This document shows, in pieces, positions 28,374-38,046 of a stretch of DNA of 64,000 nt. A program made the position numbers and the translations under genes. Every line of letters starts with the position of its first letter. Within the stretch, counting starts at the first letter, position 1. Source of the stretch: an uncultured Candidatus Saccharibacteria bacterium (lineage in GTDB: Bacteria > Patescibacteriota > Minisyncoccia > Phycocordibacterales > CSBR16-119); contig CAZOLO010000001.1 in assembly GCA_964581035.1 (NCBI GenBank), positions 7,190-71,189 of the forward strand. Reading direction: 5' to 3'. Under the pieces are notes generated by a model. That model was given only the letters and a program-made list of their open reading frames with translations. It ran no database searches and was not told the origin of the DNA.

Positions 28374-29639
28374 ATGAGATTTATTTATATTCTCAAAGAT
28401 GCATTTAAAACCCTTTTTATAAAAAAAGCCAGAACGCTACTGACTATGCTTGGGATAATAATTGGGGTGGCTGGAGTTATTATAATTGTCTCTCTTGGGG
28501 TTGGGGCTCAGAGTCTTGTTTTATCTCAGATTACAAAACTTGGTTCTAATCTGGTGAGTGTCTTGCCTGGGGCTAGTGACGAAACAGGTCCGCCAGCCGC
28601 AGTTTTTGGTATTCAGATAGAGACATTGAAATTCTCTGATGCAGAAGCTATTGATAAAGATCCAAGATTAGATCATGTTTTAGCTGTAACTGCTGGAGCT
28701 AATGGGAATGGTACTGTTGTTTGGAAAGGAGAGTCTGTTGATACTGCCATAGCTGGGATAACTTATCAGTATCCCTCTGTTCAAGATATAGAGCTTTCAG
28801 AAGGTAGATTCTTTAATGAAGCTGAAGATAAAGCTTCTGCGTATGTTACCGTCCTAGGATCGTCTGTTAAGGAGTCTCTCTTTGGAGACAAGTCTGCAGT
28901 TGGGGAGGTTGTGAGGGTTAGGCTAAACTCAGCTGACAGCTCATCCTCGATCTCTTTAAGAGTTGTGGGAGTTACAAAAGAAAAGGGGTCAAGTATTTTC
29001 TTTAATCCTGATGATCAGATTTTAGCCCCACTAGCTGTTGTTCAGAGACAGCTTCTTGGAATAGATCACTTGCAGTTTATACAGGCTAAGATAGATGAGG
29101 GCGTAAATGTTAAACCAACCATCGAAGGTATTAGAGAGGTTCTACGCGAGGAGCACAAGATAAAAAATGCATCAGACGATGATTTTTCTGTGCGGGATTT
29201 AGCAGATGCTGTATCTCTTTTGACTGGAATCACAGATGCTCTACGATTGTTTCTTGGATTGATGGCAAGTATATCTCTTGTTGTTGGAGGAATTGGAATT
29301 ATGAATATTATGCTTGTTACTGTAACAGAGCGGACTAGAGAGATTGGACTAAGAAAGGCTGTTGGAGCGAGATCTTTTAATATCAGAATGCAATTCTTAA
29401 TTGAAGCAATTATTATAACAACCATTGGTGGGGTTATTGGTATTTTAGTGGGGTCACTCATATCTTGGTTGATTTCTATCGGTGCTCATTTTGCTGGGTT
29501 TGACTGGGTTTTCTCGGTTCCTCTTGGTTCAATATTTCTTGCTGTTGGGGTTTCTGTTTTCGTGGGTGTTGTATTCGGTTATTACCCAGCAGCTCAAGCC
29601 TCAAAGCTAGACCCTATTGAATCACTACGCTATGAGTAG
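28374..29639 (+). CDS. MacB/FtsX-family ABC permease
   Basis: LTMLGIIIGV, GGIGIMNIML, ERTREIGLRKAVGA, LDPIESLRYE. Confidence 0.93.
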   Translation: MRFIYILKDAFKTLFIKKARTLLTMLGIIIGVAGVIIIVSLGVGAQSLVLSQITKLGSNLVSVLPGASDETGPPAAVFGIQIETLKFSDAEAIDKDPRLDHVLAVTAGANGNGTVVWKGESVDTAIAGITYQYPSVQDIELSEGRFFNEAEDKASAYVTVLGSSVKESLFGDKSAVGEVVRVRLNSADSSSSISLRVVGVTKEKGSSIFFNPDDQILAPLAVVQRQLLGIDHLQFIQAKIDEGVNVKPTIEGIREVLREEHKIKNASDDDFSVRDLADAVSLLTGITDALRLFLGLMASISLVVGGIGIMNIMLVTVTERTREIGLRKAVGARSFNIRMQFLIEAIIITTIGGVIGILVGSLISWLISIGAHFAGFDWVFSVPLGSIFLAVGVSVFVGVVFGYYPAAQASKLDPIESLRYE

Positions 29640-29660
29640 GTATATAGATTTTTAAATATT

Positions 29661-30920
29661 ATGAAAAAACTTCTGGAACAATCCTATAAAGGTATAAAAG
29701 GCAATCGGTCTCGAGCTATTTTAACAATGCTTGGGATAGTTATTGGAGTTGCGACCATTATCTTGGTACTATCTGCTGGGGAAGGTTTTAAGAGTTATTT
29801 AAACTATCAAATAGAGCAGTTTGGTTCAAACACACTTACTATTGAGACAGTTGTGCCTCCCACAACTAAACAGAGAAATTCTGGAGGGATAAGTAGTGAG
29901 GGCAACTCTACTGCCTCTCAGGCTATTACGGTAGATACTTTTAAGACAAGAGATGTTGATTTAATAAAAAACCTTCCAAATATAAAAAATGTTTATGGGG
30001 CGGTTGTTAGTCAGGACATCGCTTCATACGAGGGGAAGACTAAAAATGCTTTTCTTTTTGGTTCTTCAGCAAGCCGTTTTCAAATAGACAAAGGTGATCT
30101 TGCTTACGGTAGAGGATATACTGAGGCAGAAGAAAAAAGCTTGGCACAAGTTGTTGTTTTGGGGTCAGATATCTCTGAATATTTTTTTGGTGAGAAAAAT
30201 CCAGTAGGGGAAATTATTAGGGTGGGTAGTCTGAATTTTAGGGTGGTAGGTGTTTATGAACCTCGTGGGTCTTTTGGCTTTTCAAATGATGACGAGCAAT
30301 TATTTTTACCATTGAGAACTCTCCAGAAAAAAGTTATGGGTATAGATTATTTGTTTTACGCAGTAGCTGAAGTAGAAGATGAAACTCTGGCTGAAATTAC
30401 AGCAGAGGATGTTAGAGATCTCCTTCGTAAAAGTCATCAGATTAGAATAGAAGGGAATGAAGATTTTCGAGTTGCTACTCAGAAACAAAATCTTTCAACC
30501 TTTGATACGATACTTAAGGCCACGACATTTTTGCTGTTAGCCGTCGCAGCAATATCCCTTATTGTAGGTGGGGTAGGTGTTATGAATATTATGTATGTTG
30601 TAGTAACAGAAAGGACGGCAGAAATTGGTCTTAAAAAAGCTTTGGGAGCCAAAGGTGTAGATATTAGGAACGAATTTTTAGCAGAAGCGGCACTGATTAC
30701 ATTTGTAGGTGGGTTTATAGGGGTCTTGTTCGGTGTTTTCTTGGCATACATAGTTTCTGTCTTTGCAAATAGTGCTGGCTTTTTCTGGGCGTTTAAAGTT
30801 CCCATCTCTGGTTTGATTCTTGGAATGGTTATCTCTGTAGGGATTGGTATATTTTTTGGAGTATTCCCGGCAATCCAAGCTGCGAAATTAGATCCAATTG
30901 AAGCACTTAGAAAAGAATAA
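29661..30920 (+). CDS. MacB/FtsX-family ABC permease (second paralogue)
   Basis: LTMLGIVIGV, GGVGVMNIM, ERTAEIGLKKALGA, LDPIEALRKE. Confidence 0.93.
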   Translation: MKKLLEQSYKGIKGNRSRAILTMLGIVIGVATIILVLSAGEGFKSYLNYQIEQFGSNTLTIETVVPPTTKQRNSGGISSEGNSTASQAITVDTFKTRDVDLIKNLPNIKNVYGAVVSQDIASYEGKTKNAFLFGSSASRFQIDKGDLAYGRGYTEAEEKSLAQVVVLGSDISEYFFGEKNPVGEIIRVGSLNFRVVGVYEPRGSFGFSNDDEQLFLPLRTLQKKVMGIDYLFYAVAEVEDETLAEITAEDVRDLLRKSHQIRIEGNEDFRVATQKQNLSTFDTILKATTFLLLAVAAISLIVGGVGVMNIMYVVVTERTAEIGLKKALGAKGVDIRNEFLAEAALITFVGGFIGVLFGVFLAYIVSVFANSAGFFWAFKVPISGLILGMVISVGIGIFFGVFPAIQAAKLDPIEALRKE

Positions 30921-31090
30921 TGTTATAATGAATGAGGTAAGGAATCTGGTTGACAGATGACTATATCGAATTTACGCAGAGTGCGAATGAAGCAAAGAGT
31001 TTTTATAGAAGACGAATATGCTGAATTTATTACAGAGCGTTTCCCATTTCAAATAGAGAGTGGTTTGTTTAGAAATTAAATTAAAATAAC

Positions 31091-31723
31091 ATGACATCAA
31101 AAACATTTTCAATAAAAAAAGCCTTTTCTGATTCTTGGGCTTTAGAAAAAGCAGAGCTTAGCAAGTTTATATTAGTTGCTGTTGTACTCCTTGGTGTATC
31201 CTTGGTTTCTGGTCTTGCTGAAGACCAAAGTTGGATACTTACCTTGCTATCATATTTTCTTCAAGTTTATCTTGGAATAATCTGGATTATTTTTGCTGTT
31301 CGTTCAGTGGAAAGTAAAAAGCTTGTATTTAAATCAGTTTTCAAGGAAATAAATGCAAATTTGTATTTTAAATTTTTCGTTTTAACAGTATTAGTTACAA
31401 TTCTTGTTGGTCTTGGAACAATCCTTCTTATTATTCCAGGAATCATAGCGGCTACAGGACTTCAGTTTGCGGGGTATTTTATGATTGACGAAAACGTTTC
31501 AATAAAAAAATCAATGAAGCTTAGTTGGGAAGCAACAAAAGGTGTTAGGTTAAAATTATTTTGGCTTATCATAGTATTAGGGCTAGTTAATATTCTAGGG
31601 ATGCTTCTATTTGGGATTGGCTTGTTAGTTACCATGCCTTTAACAAGTCTTGTCTTAGCCCATATCTATGTAGACTTCATTAAACATCGTAAGATTTCAA
31701 ATTCTCAAACGTCTTCTTCTTAG
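31091..31723 (+). CDS. integral membrane protein (DUF975-like)
   Basis: LLIIPGII, SWEATKG, GLLVTMP motifs. Confidence 0.75.
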   Translation: MTSKTFSIKKAFSDSWALEKAELSKFILVAVVLLGVSLVSGLAEDQSWILTLLSYFLQVYLGIIWIIFAVRSVESKKLVFKSVFKEINANLYFKFFVLTVLVTILVGLGTILLIIPGIIAATGLQFAGYFMIDENVSIKKSMKLSWEATKGVRLKLFWLIIVLGLVNILGMLLFGIGLLVTMPLTSLVLAHIYVDFIKHRKISNSQTSSS

Positions 31724-31745
31724 TTATTAGGTAATTTAATTAAAT

Positions 31746-32525
31746 ATGTTATTTACAAAAGATCAAAATCAATATGTTGGTAATTTAGTAATTATTGTAT
31801 TAGTCACATTGGCAATATTTTTAGTTGCTATGTCATTTAATGCTTTTAAAAGCTCAAGATACATTGGAACAGGAGGGGATGTTCCCAATACCCTGACTTT
31901 CTCTGGGGAGTCAGAAGTTAGGATTCAGCCTGATATGGCTACAATCTCTTTTTCTTTCGAAAAGGAGTCAGATGTTGTGGCTGATGCTCAGGAATTTGTT
32001 TCAGAAAAAATTTCATCTACTTTGAAAAGTTTAGATAGCTTAGGTATAAAAGAAAAAGATATAAGAACTTCTTCCTATAACACAAACCCAAGATATGATT
32101 GGAATGATGGAGAGCAGAAGTTAAAAGGCTATGTCGTTAGTCAGAGCGTTGATGTGATAATACGAGATATAAGTAAGACAAATGCTGTGGTGGCCCTTTT
32201 AGGGGAGATGGGTGTTACAAATCTTTCTGGTCCCTATTTTGACGTTGAAGATAAGGAGTCTTATGAAAGACTTGCAAGAAAAGAGGCCATAAATGCAGCT
32301 AGAGCTAAAGCTGAAGAACTTGCAGATGATCTTGGAGTAAAACTTATCCGAATTGTATCCTTTAATGAAGGAGGTAATGACACTTCATACCCTCAGCCAT
32401 ACATGACTGCTAGAAATGAAATGGTTTCAATGGATGCAGCTGGAGCACCAAAAGCATCTCCAGAAATTCCAATAGGGGAGAATGTTGTAACTGCCAATGT
32501 TACAATAACTTACGAAATCCAATAA
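31746..32525 (+). CDS. SIMPL (DUF541) domain protein
   Basis: SGESEVRIQPD, DIRT, ARAKAEELA, VTITYEI. Confidence 0.9.
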   Translation: MLFTKDQNQYVGNLVIIVLVTLAIFLVAMSFNAFKSSRYIGTGGDVPNTLTFSGESEVRIQPDMATISFSFEKESDVVADAQEFVSEKISSTLKSLDSLGIKEKDIRTSSYNTNPRYDWNDGEQKLKGYVVSQSVDVIIRDISKTNAVVALLGEMGVTNLSGPYFDVEDKESYERLARKEAINAARAKAEELADDLGVKLIRIVSFNEGGNDTSYPQPYMTARNEMVSMDAAGAPKASPEIPIGENVVTANVTITYEIQ

Positions 32526-32577
32526 TATTAAAAACCACCGGAAGGTGGTTTTTCTTTGATATACTTAAACAAAAACC

Positions 32578-32916
32578 ATGGATTTAAAAAGAATCGCTAA
32601 GAAAAAAATAAGCGATTCTTCTGGTGAAAGATTCGTTTATGTTTGGGAGCATACTGGTCTTGAAATAAAGGATGGTCTGTATGTGGCCAAAGTTAAGGGC
32701 TTAAGTCGGTTATCTAGAGTTTTTAGAAAAGAGGTCTTTATTTGGAAAAATCAAGAAGATAAGAATACTCATGACATGTTTGTTTTAAACAGTCTTGATA
32801 TACTAAGCCTTCCTGACGTTTTCGATCATAAATCTTATAGATTTTCATTTATGGAAAATTACCTAGGTGACGAAGGTTTGAAGCTTCTGATTGATAGGAC
32901 AAAAGAGCGTAAATAA
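32578..32916 (+). CDS. hypothetical protein
   Basis: 112-aa ORF between two terminator hairpins. Confidence 0.55.
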   Translation: MDLKRIAKKKISDSSGERFVYVWEHTGLEIKDGLYVAKVKGLSRLSRVFRKEVFIWKNQEDKNTHDMFVLNSLDILSLPDVFDHKSYRFSFMENYLGDEGLKLLIDRTKERK

Positions 32917-33046
32917 ACGCTCTTTTTAATTTAAATACTTAGACTTGCTTTTCTGTTTAATTAAGGTATTATGACTATATCAAAGGCCCCAAAAGGCCTT
33001 TTAAAAAAGCCAATTTTTCAATTAATAAATTAACTAAAAAAACATC

Positions 33047-33217
33047 ATGTTTGAATTCTTCAAAAAAGTAAAAGGTGAAATGACCCATACTGTTTGGCCA
33101 ACGAGAAATCAAACAATAGCTTTTACCGCTATTGTTATCGTAATCTCAATTGCTATTGCGTACTACCTTGGTTTGTTTGACTATATCTTCAGTCAGATTT
33201 TAGGAAGTCTTATATAA
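33047..33217 (+). CDS. secE: preprotein translocase SecE (56 aa; absent from the ORF track)
   Basis: MFEFFKKVKGEMTHTVWPTRNQT...YLGLFD: SecE WP motif plus TM; directly upstream of nusG. Confidence 0.92.
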   Translation: MFEFFKKVKGEMTHTVWPTRNQTIAFTAIVIVISIAIAYYLGLFDYIFSQILGSLI

Positions 33218-33260
33218 TTCCACTTTTTATTAAAAACCTAATCATCTAAAATAATTAATT

Positions 33261-33809
33261 ATGGCAAAACAAGAAATACAAGGAATTAGGAATTGGTATG
33301 CTATTCATACCTACTCTGGATATGAGAATGCTGTTCTCAAAAATCTAAAGCAAAGAATCGATTCACTTGGAATGCAAGACAAGATATTTAACGTGGTTGT
33401 TCCAACCGAAAAGAAGATCAAGATTAAGGCGGGGAAGAGAGTAGAGGTGGAGGAGAAAATTTACCCTGGATATATTCTTGTGGACATGATGGTTACAGAT
33501 GATTCTTGGTATGTTGTCCGAAACACTCCAAGGGTTACGGGGTTCGTTGGTTCAGGAGTAACTCCTGTTCCAGTGTCAAAAGAGGAGATAGATTTCCTAT
33601 TTGCTCGAATGAAGGATCAAGATAGTGCAAAGCACAACATTGATATGGAGATTGGCGAAACTATACTTATCACAGATGGTCCGTTTAAGGAGCTTCAAGG
33701 TAAAATTAATGAAATCGACCAGGAGCGAGGTAAGATAAAGGTTCTTGTAGATATGTTTGGTCGAGAAACACCCGTAGAGCTAGATTTCTTGCAACTTAAG
33801 AAAATATAA
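33261..33809 (+). CDS. nusG: transcription factor NusG
   Basis: WYAIHTYSGYE, YPGYILV, VTGFVG, KOW domain, FGRETPVEL. Confidence 0.97.
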   Translation: MAKQEIQGIRNWYAIHTYSGYENAVLKNLKQRIDSLGMQDKIFNVVVPTEKKIKIKAGKRVEVEEKIYPGYILVDMMVTDDSWYVVRNTPRVTGFVGSGVTPVPVSKEEIDFLFARMKDQDSAKHNIDMEIGETILITDGPFKELQGKINEIDQERGKIKVLVDMFGRETPVELDFLQLKKI

Positions 33810-33865
33810 GGTAATCTACTATTCGTTACGCGGTAAGCCTCAACTTACTATATAAAGATAAAAAC

Positions 33866-34291
33866 ATGGCAAAAAAAATAACTAAAAAACTAAAATTACA
33901 GGTTCCAGCAGGGGCAGCTACACCAGCTCCTCCTCTTGGTCCTGCACTTGGACAAGCTGGAGTAAATATTTCTCAGTTCGTAAATGATTTCAACGATCAG
34001 ACAAAAGACAAAAGAGGGGAGATCTGTTCTGTTGTTCTAAATGTATATGATGACCGATCATTTGATTTCTTGATTAAAACACCACCAGTTACAAGTCTTA
34101 TCTTGAAAGCTGCTGGAATCAAAGCTGGATCAGGAAAGAATAGAACAAAGAAAGTTGGAACAATTACAAAAGCTCAGGTAAAAGAAATTGCAGAAATTAA
34201 GATGCCTGACATCAACGCAAAAAATATTGAAGGAGCAATGAAGATCGTAGAAGGATCATGTCGCTCAATGGGTGTTGAAGTATCTGCTTAA
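33866..34291 (+). CDS. rplK: 50S ribosomal protein L11
   Basis: KLQVPAGAATPAPPLGPALG, IKTPP, RSMG. Confidence 0.97.
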   Translation: MAKKITKKLKLQVPAGAATPAPPLGPALGQAGVNISQFVNDFNDQTKDKRGEICSVVLNVYDDRSFDFLIKTPPVTSLILKAAGIKAGSGKNRTKKVGTITKAQVKEIAEIKMPDINAKNIEGAMKIVEGSCRSMGVEVSA

Positions 34292-34308
34292 AGAAAAAAT
34301 TTACATTT

Positions 34309-34339
34309 AAAAAAGGCCCACCGAAAGGTGGGTCTTTTT
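34309..34339. terminator. bidirectional terminator between rplK and folA
   Basis: A-run, GGCCCACC-GAAA-GGTGGGTC, T-run. Confidence 0.8.
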
Positions 34340-34340
34340 G

Positions 34341-34901
34341 TTACATGGATTTCCTTTTGTAGATTTCAATTGAAAAACTAATAGGGGTTTTATCCCTGTA
34401 GAAACCTTCTTTTATCTCTTTTGATTCGAGGTTAAAATCATCCATCCATCCTGTTGGGAAGAATACATCAGCTTCAATTTCGTTTTTATCATTCACAACA
34501 GATAATATGATTTCATCAACCTCGATTTCATCAAATGATAGGTTGTATATCTCACCACCTCCTGCGATAAATATTTCCCGACCTGGGAATTTTCGCTGCA
34601 TGTCTTCAACGGATTTCTTGAGATCACCATATAGAGTTACCCCATCTGGAACATCAAGATTTTCTTGTCTAGTGATAACGACAGTCTCTCGACCTAGGTC
34701 AAAGGGTACATACTGTGGTGGAATAGTTTTGAAAGTCTTTCTTCCAGAGATAACTATTTTACCAGATGTTGTTTTCGCGAAGTGTCTTTTATCTATCGGG
34801 ATATCAAAAAGTAATTCTGAATGTTTCTCTCGATCCTTTGGAGCTATTGCCATGTCAGACTTTCTAACTGAAGCAATAAGTGTGATTTTTGATTTTTTCA
34901 T
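34341..34901 (-). CDS. folA: dihydrofolate reductase
   Basis: ITLIAS, IPIDKRHF, GRKTFKTIP, VITR, IAGGGEIY, ADVFFP; start at MKKSK. Confidence 0.88.
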   Translation of the reverse strand: MKKSKITLIASVRKSDMAIAPKDREKHSELLFDIPIDKRHFAKTTSGKIVISGRKTFKTIPPQYVPFDLGRETVVITRQENLDVPDGVTLYGDLKKSVEDMQRKFPGREIFIAGGGEIYNLSFDEIEVDEIILSVVNDKNEIEADVFFPTGWMDDFNLESKEIKEGFYRDKTPISFSIEIYKRKSM

Positions 34902-35006
34902 ACTATGACTATTTACATTTTTAATCACATTACCTAAATAATCTTTTTCTTGCAAGTCTTCTATTCGTGTGGTAATTTCAAATTAAACAAATTGAAAATA
35001 GAAAAC

Positions 35007-35624
35007 ATGAATATAGATAAAGATTTTAAATTTTCTTTTGAAACAAAGGTTGTTTCAGATTATGACAAACTTCAACAAATTGTTACTGGCCATAAGGCTC
35101 AAGGAAAGATAATCATTGCTGTTAGCGGTGTTTTTGACATGATACACGATGGTCATGTTAAGTACCTTGAAAAAGCTTCTCAATTAGGCGACATTTTAAT
35201 TCTCGGAGTTGACGATGATGAGTTAACAAGAAAGAATAAAGGAGAGGGTCGTCCTTTTGATGAGCTGGAGTCTAGATTAGCTGTTCTTGGTGGTTTGTCT
35301 TGTGTTGATCATATAAAAGTACGAGATGTGAAAGAAGGAGTGGGTGACTTTGTGACCAAGATTGAGCCGGATGTTTTAGTCATATCTTCTTCATCAACTC
35401 AATACGATGAGGATAAAGAGACATTTTCTCAGATAATAGATCGCATGTATGTCAAAACAGGTATAGCAAAAAAGGTTGTTAATTTTGAACCTCAATCTTC
35501 AAATTCTACAACGGCAAAAATACTGAAGCTAAAGAAAGAGGGGGCTAAACCTTTGATAGATGAACTAAGTGAAGTCATACTAAGACATACGGGAGAAAGT
35601 AAACAAGAAAAAAAGAAGTCATGA
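35007..35624 (+). CDS. HxGH nucleotidyltransferase (cytidylyltransferase/RfaE-II-like)
   Basis: SGVFDMIHDGH, LILGVDDD, KGEGRP, STT. Confidence 0.85.
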   Translation: MNIDKDFKFSFETKVVSDYDKLQQIVTGHKAQGKIIIAVSGVFDMIHDGHVKYLEKASQLGDILILGVDDDELTRKNKGEGRPFDELESRLAVLGGLSCVDHIKVRDVKEGVGDFVTKIEPDVLVISSSSTQYDEDKETFSQIIDRMYVKTGIAKKVVNFEPQSSNSTTAKILKLKKEGAKPLIDELSEVILRHTGESKQEKKKS

Positions 35625-36472
35625 AAAAAGCAATTTTAGCTTACGTGCCAGCTATTCATCAGGGATATTTAAATCTGTTCTCAGAAAACAATTGCGATAT
35701 CTACGTAATGGGCTCTGGTTTAATTAAGGAAATTATTTCTGAAGATGGCTTTAGTCATTACTCCAGAGATCTTCGAGCTGTTAATCCAAAATCAATTGTT
35801 CGCATGTTGAATTCTGAGCTTAAAGGTCAGTCAGCATCTTTGTTTGAGGTTGGATTGGTTGATCTGTTTAGAACCAGGTATTCAAAAATCATTCTTCCTG
35901 AAGAGGATATTAGCAAGTTTGTGGGGAAGAAATACCTTTCAGATTTTGAAGTAGAGTATTCAAGTAAACACTTTCTACGATATCATAAACAGATCACTCT
36001 AAGAGAATCTGAGTTTGATCCAGATGAGGAGGTTACCTTTGATGAAATGCATCAGAGGCTTATGTCTGAGGCCTTAGAAGAAGCCCAAAAGAGTGCTGAT
36101 TGGTGGAGACAAGTTGGGTTCGTTATAGTTACCTCAGGTGGGAAAATTGTAAAAGGGTTCAACTGTCATATGCCTACTCAGCATGAGCCAGATGTTGCTG
36201 GTGATGCTAGGTCTAACTTCAAGCCAGGCGAACATGCTGACCTATGTACAGCAATTCATTCGGAGCAGTTTGGGATAGCGACTTGTGCTAGACATGGTTA
36301 TGCCACAGACGGTGCGACAATCTACGTGACAACACTTCCTTGTCCAGTTTGTGCAAGAAATATTGTTGTAGCAGGAATACAGAATGTTTACTATGAAAGT
36401 GGATATTCAAAATTTGATGCTTATGAAATTTTCAAGAGCGGAGGGGTAAACCTTATCCGTGTTGGAAAATAA
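35621..36472 (+). CDS. dCMP deaminase-family protein with N-terminal degenerate nucleotidyltransferase-like domain
   Basis: AIHSE, YVTTLPCPVC zinc motif; N-terminal YVPAIHQGY. Confidence 0.85.
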   Translation: MKKAILAYVPAIHQGYLNLFSENNCDIYVMGSGLIKEIISEDGFSHYSRDLRAVNPKSIVRMLNSELKGQSASLFEVGLVDLFRTRYSKIILPEEDISKFVGKKYLSDFEVEYSSKHFLRYHKQITLRESEFDPDEEVTFDEMHQRLMSEALEEAQKSADWWRQVGFVIVTSGGKIVKGFNCHMPTQHEPDVAGDARSNFKPGEHADLCTAIHSEQFGIATCARHGYATDGATIYVTTLPCPVCARNIVVAGIQNVYYESGYSKFDAYEIFKSGGVNLIRVGK

Positions 36473-36505
36473 AAATGGCCACCCCAATTGGGGTGGCCTT
36501 TTAAA

Positions 36506-37483
36506 TTACAACTCAGTATCAACTCTCATCGCTGGATGAGGGTGATAGTCTTTTAAATGAAAATGCTCCGGACGAATCGCAAAGAAATCTGCAACAGGGT
36601 CTCCTGTAGTTTCAAACCGAAGTTCTACTGTAGGAAGACATCTAGGCTCTCTTTTTAGGAGCTCATATACGATCTTTCGCTGCTTCTCGTTGTACATATG
36701 GGAATCATTCATTATATGAATGTATGTTTTCATGGTGTATTCAAGCACACAAGAGAGCATCATACCTATTCCAGCATAGTGAATCATATTGTATGGTACA
36801 CCAGTTGGCATATCTGCGGCTCTTTGTGTATGAATTAGAGTAAGCTCTTTATGTTCTGGGTACAGTTCTATTTGAACGTCACCATGACATGGAGCAACGA
36901 CTACTTGGCGCTTACCATCTGGGACAATTATCCCTGGTGGGTACCAGTTTGTCACTCTATGAGTTAACGCGCTGGGATACTTGATCATTTGCTTAATGAC
37001 ATTTTCCCACTGGTTTATTTCAGTACCGTTTGGCCCAGGAAATCTACCCCAAATTCCACCATAAGAGAACCTCCCTAGATGTTCACCTTTGTCATTGTCA
37101 GGAAGGTCAAAGTGGCACTCACCACCCTTATCGCAAACACGATCAAGGTTTGTCCATCGTTCCCACCAGAACTTTGGTAAACCAAAGCTCTCTAGCTCTT
37201 TTAAAGTGGTGGCTCCATGAATAAATCCGATTACTTCAGCCATTGCGTATCTCAGCGCTGTCTCAGTGATCTTTCTCTCTGTTATAAGAGGGAAGCCATT
37301 TTTCATTGGAAACCTCATAATGTTTCCAAAATACTTTGACATGGTCCCTTCATGAAACTGAGGATCTCTAGTTTCTCCTGATAAGGATATATTCAGTAGA
37401 GCATTTCGATACTCAGAGCTTGGCGATCTTTCCTCAAATGGCAAGTACTTAACAATTGGCACTTTTTCAACTTTTTTGTTCAT
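36506..37483 (-). CDS. thyA: thymidylate synthase (divergent)
   Basis: GFPLITER, YGGIWG, APCH (catalytic Cys), QRAADMPTGVPYN, DSHMY, YHPHP. Confidence 0.88.
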   Translation of the reverse strand: MNKKVEKVPIVKYLPFEERSPSSEYRNALLNISLSGETRDPQFHEGTMSKYFGNIMRFPMKNGFPLITERKITETALRYAMAEVIGFIHGATTLKELESFGLPKFWWERWTNLDRVCDKGGECHFDLPDNDKGEHLGRFSYGGIWGRFPGPNGTEINQWENVIKQMIKYPSALTHRVTNWYPPGIIVPDGKRQVVVAPCHGDVQIELYPEHKELTLIHTQRAADMPTGVPYNMIHYAGIGMMLSCVLEYTMKTYIHIMNDSHMYNEKQRKIVYELLKREPRCLPTVELRFETTGDPVADFFAIRPEHFHLKDYHPHPAMRVDTEL

Positions 37484-37484
37484 T

Positions 37485-37955
37485 TCAATCTATTTTACAC
37501 CCAACATAAAGCGGTATCGCCTCGTTCGAGCTTGGTTCAACAATGTGAAAATGTAAATGTTTAACACTGGCGCCAGATAGGCGGGTGTCGCCATATCTCA
37601 TTAGTAACGCACCACCACAAATTTGGAACCTCAGGTTTATCTCAGACAGAGTCTTAAATGCATCTAGAATTTCCTCGCTTCTTAATTCTTCAGTGGTTTT
37701 AATAAACCTCTTAAGTATGACAACGAAATGATGCTTCCTTTTTGGATCCTTGTAGTGTTGATTTCGAATAACAATCCAATAATCTGTATCACTAATTATT
37801 TCATTTCCAAGATCTTCAATTTTGGACCTTTCTCCAAATGGATCATAATTCTTTTTGTAGATTTCAAGATACTTCTCCTGTTGAGAAGTGTTTCTGCAAT
37901 TTGCTAGGTCAACGAATTTGTTCTCGTCTAGCCTTTGTTTGAATTTCTCTTTCAT
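37485..37955 (-). CDS. HIT-family nucleotide hydrolase
   Basis: GASVKHLHFHIV histidine triad. Confidence 0.82.
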   Translation of the reverse strand: MKEKFKQRLDENKFVDLANCRNTSQQEKYLEIYKKNYDPFGERSKIEDLGNEIISDTDYWIVIRNQHYKDPKRKHHFVVILKRFIKTTEELRSEEILDAFKTLSEINLRFQICGGALLMRYGDTRLSGASVKHLHFHIVEPSSNEAIPLYVGCKID

Positions 37956-38046
37956 GTTTCAATTTTCTGTTTATTTTCATACTACTGATTAAACCATTAT
38001 TAGTCAACCTTTGTATTAAGTATCTATTTCAAGTAACATAAGTCAT

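Noticed and set aside
30957-31079. 40-codon ORF between the ABC permease and the membrane protein
   Set aside because: No recognisable motif; may be a gene remnant or chance ORF
36506-37483. Phage-type dCMP hydroxymethylase (base-modification system)
   Set aside because: The specificity residue is Asn (VPYN), as in dUMP-specific ThyA, and the context is folA/glyA/dut
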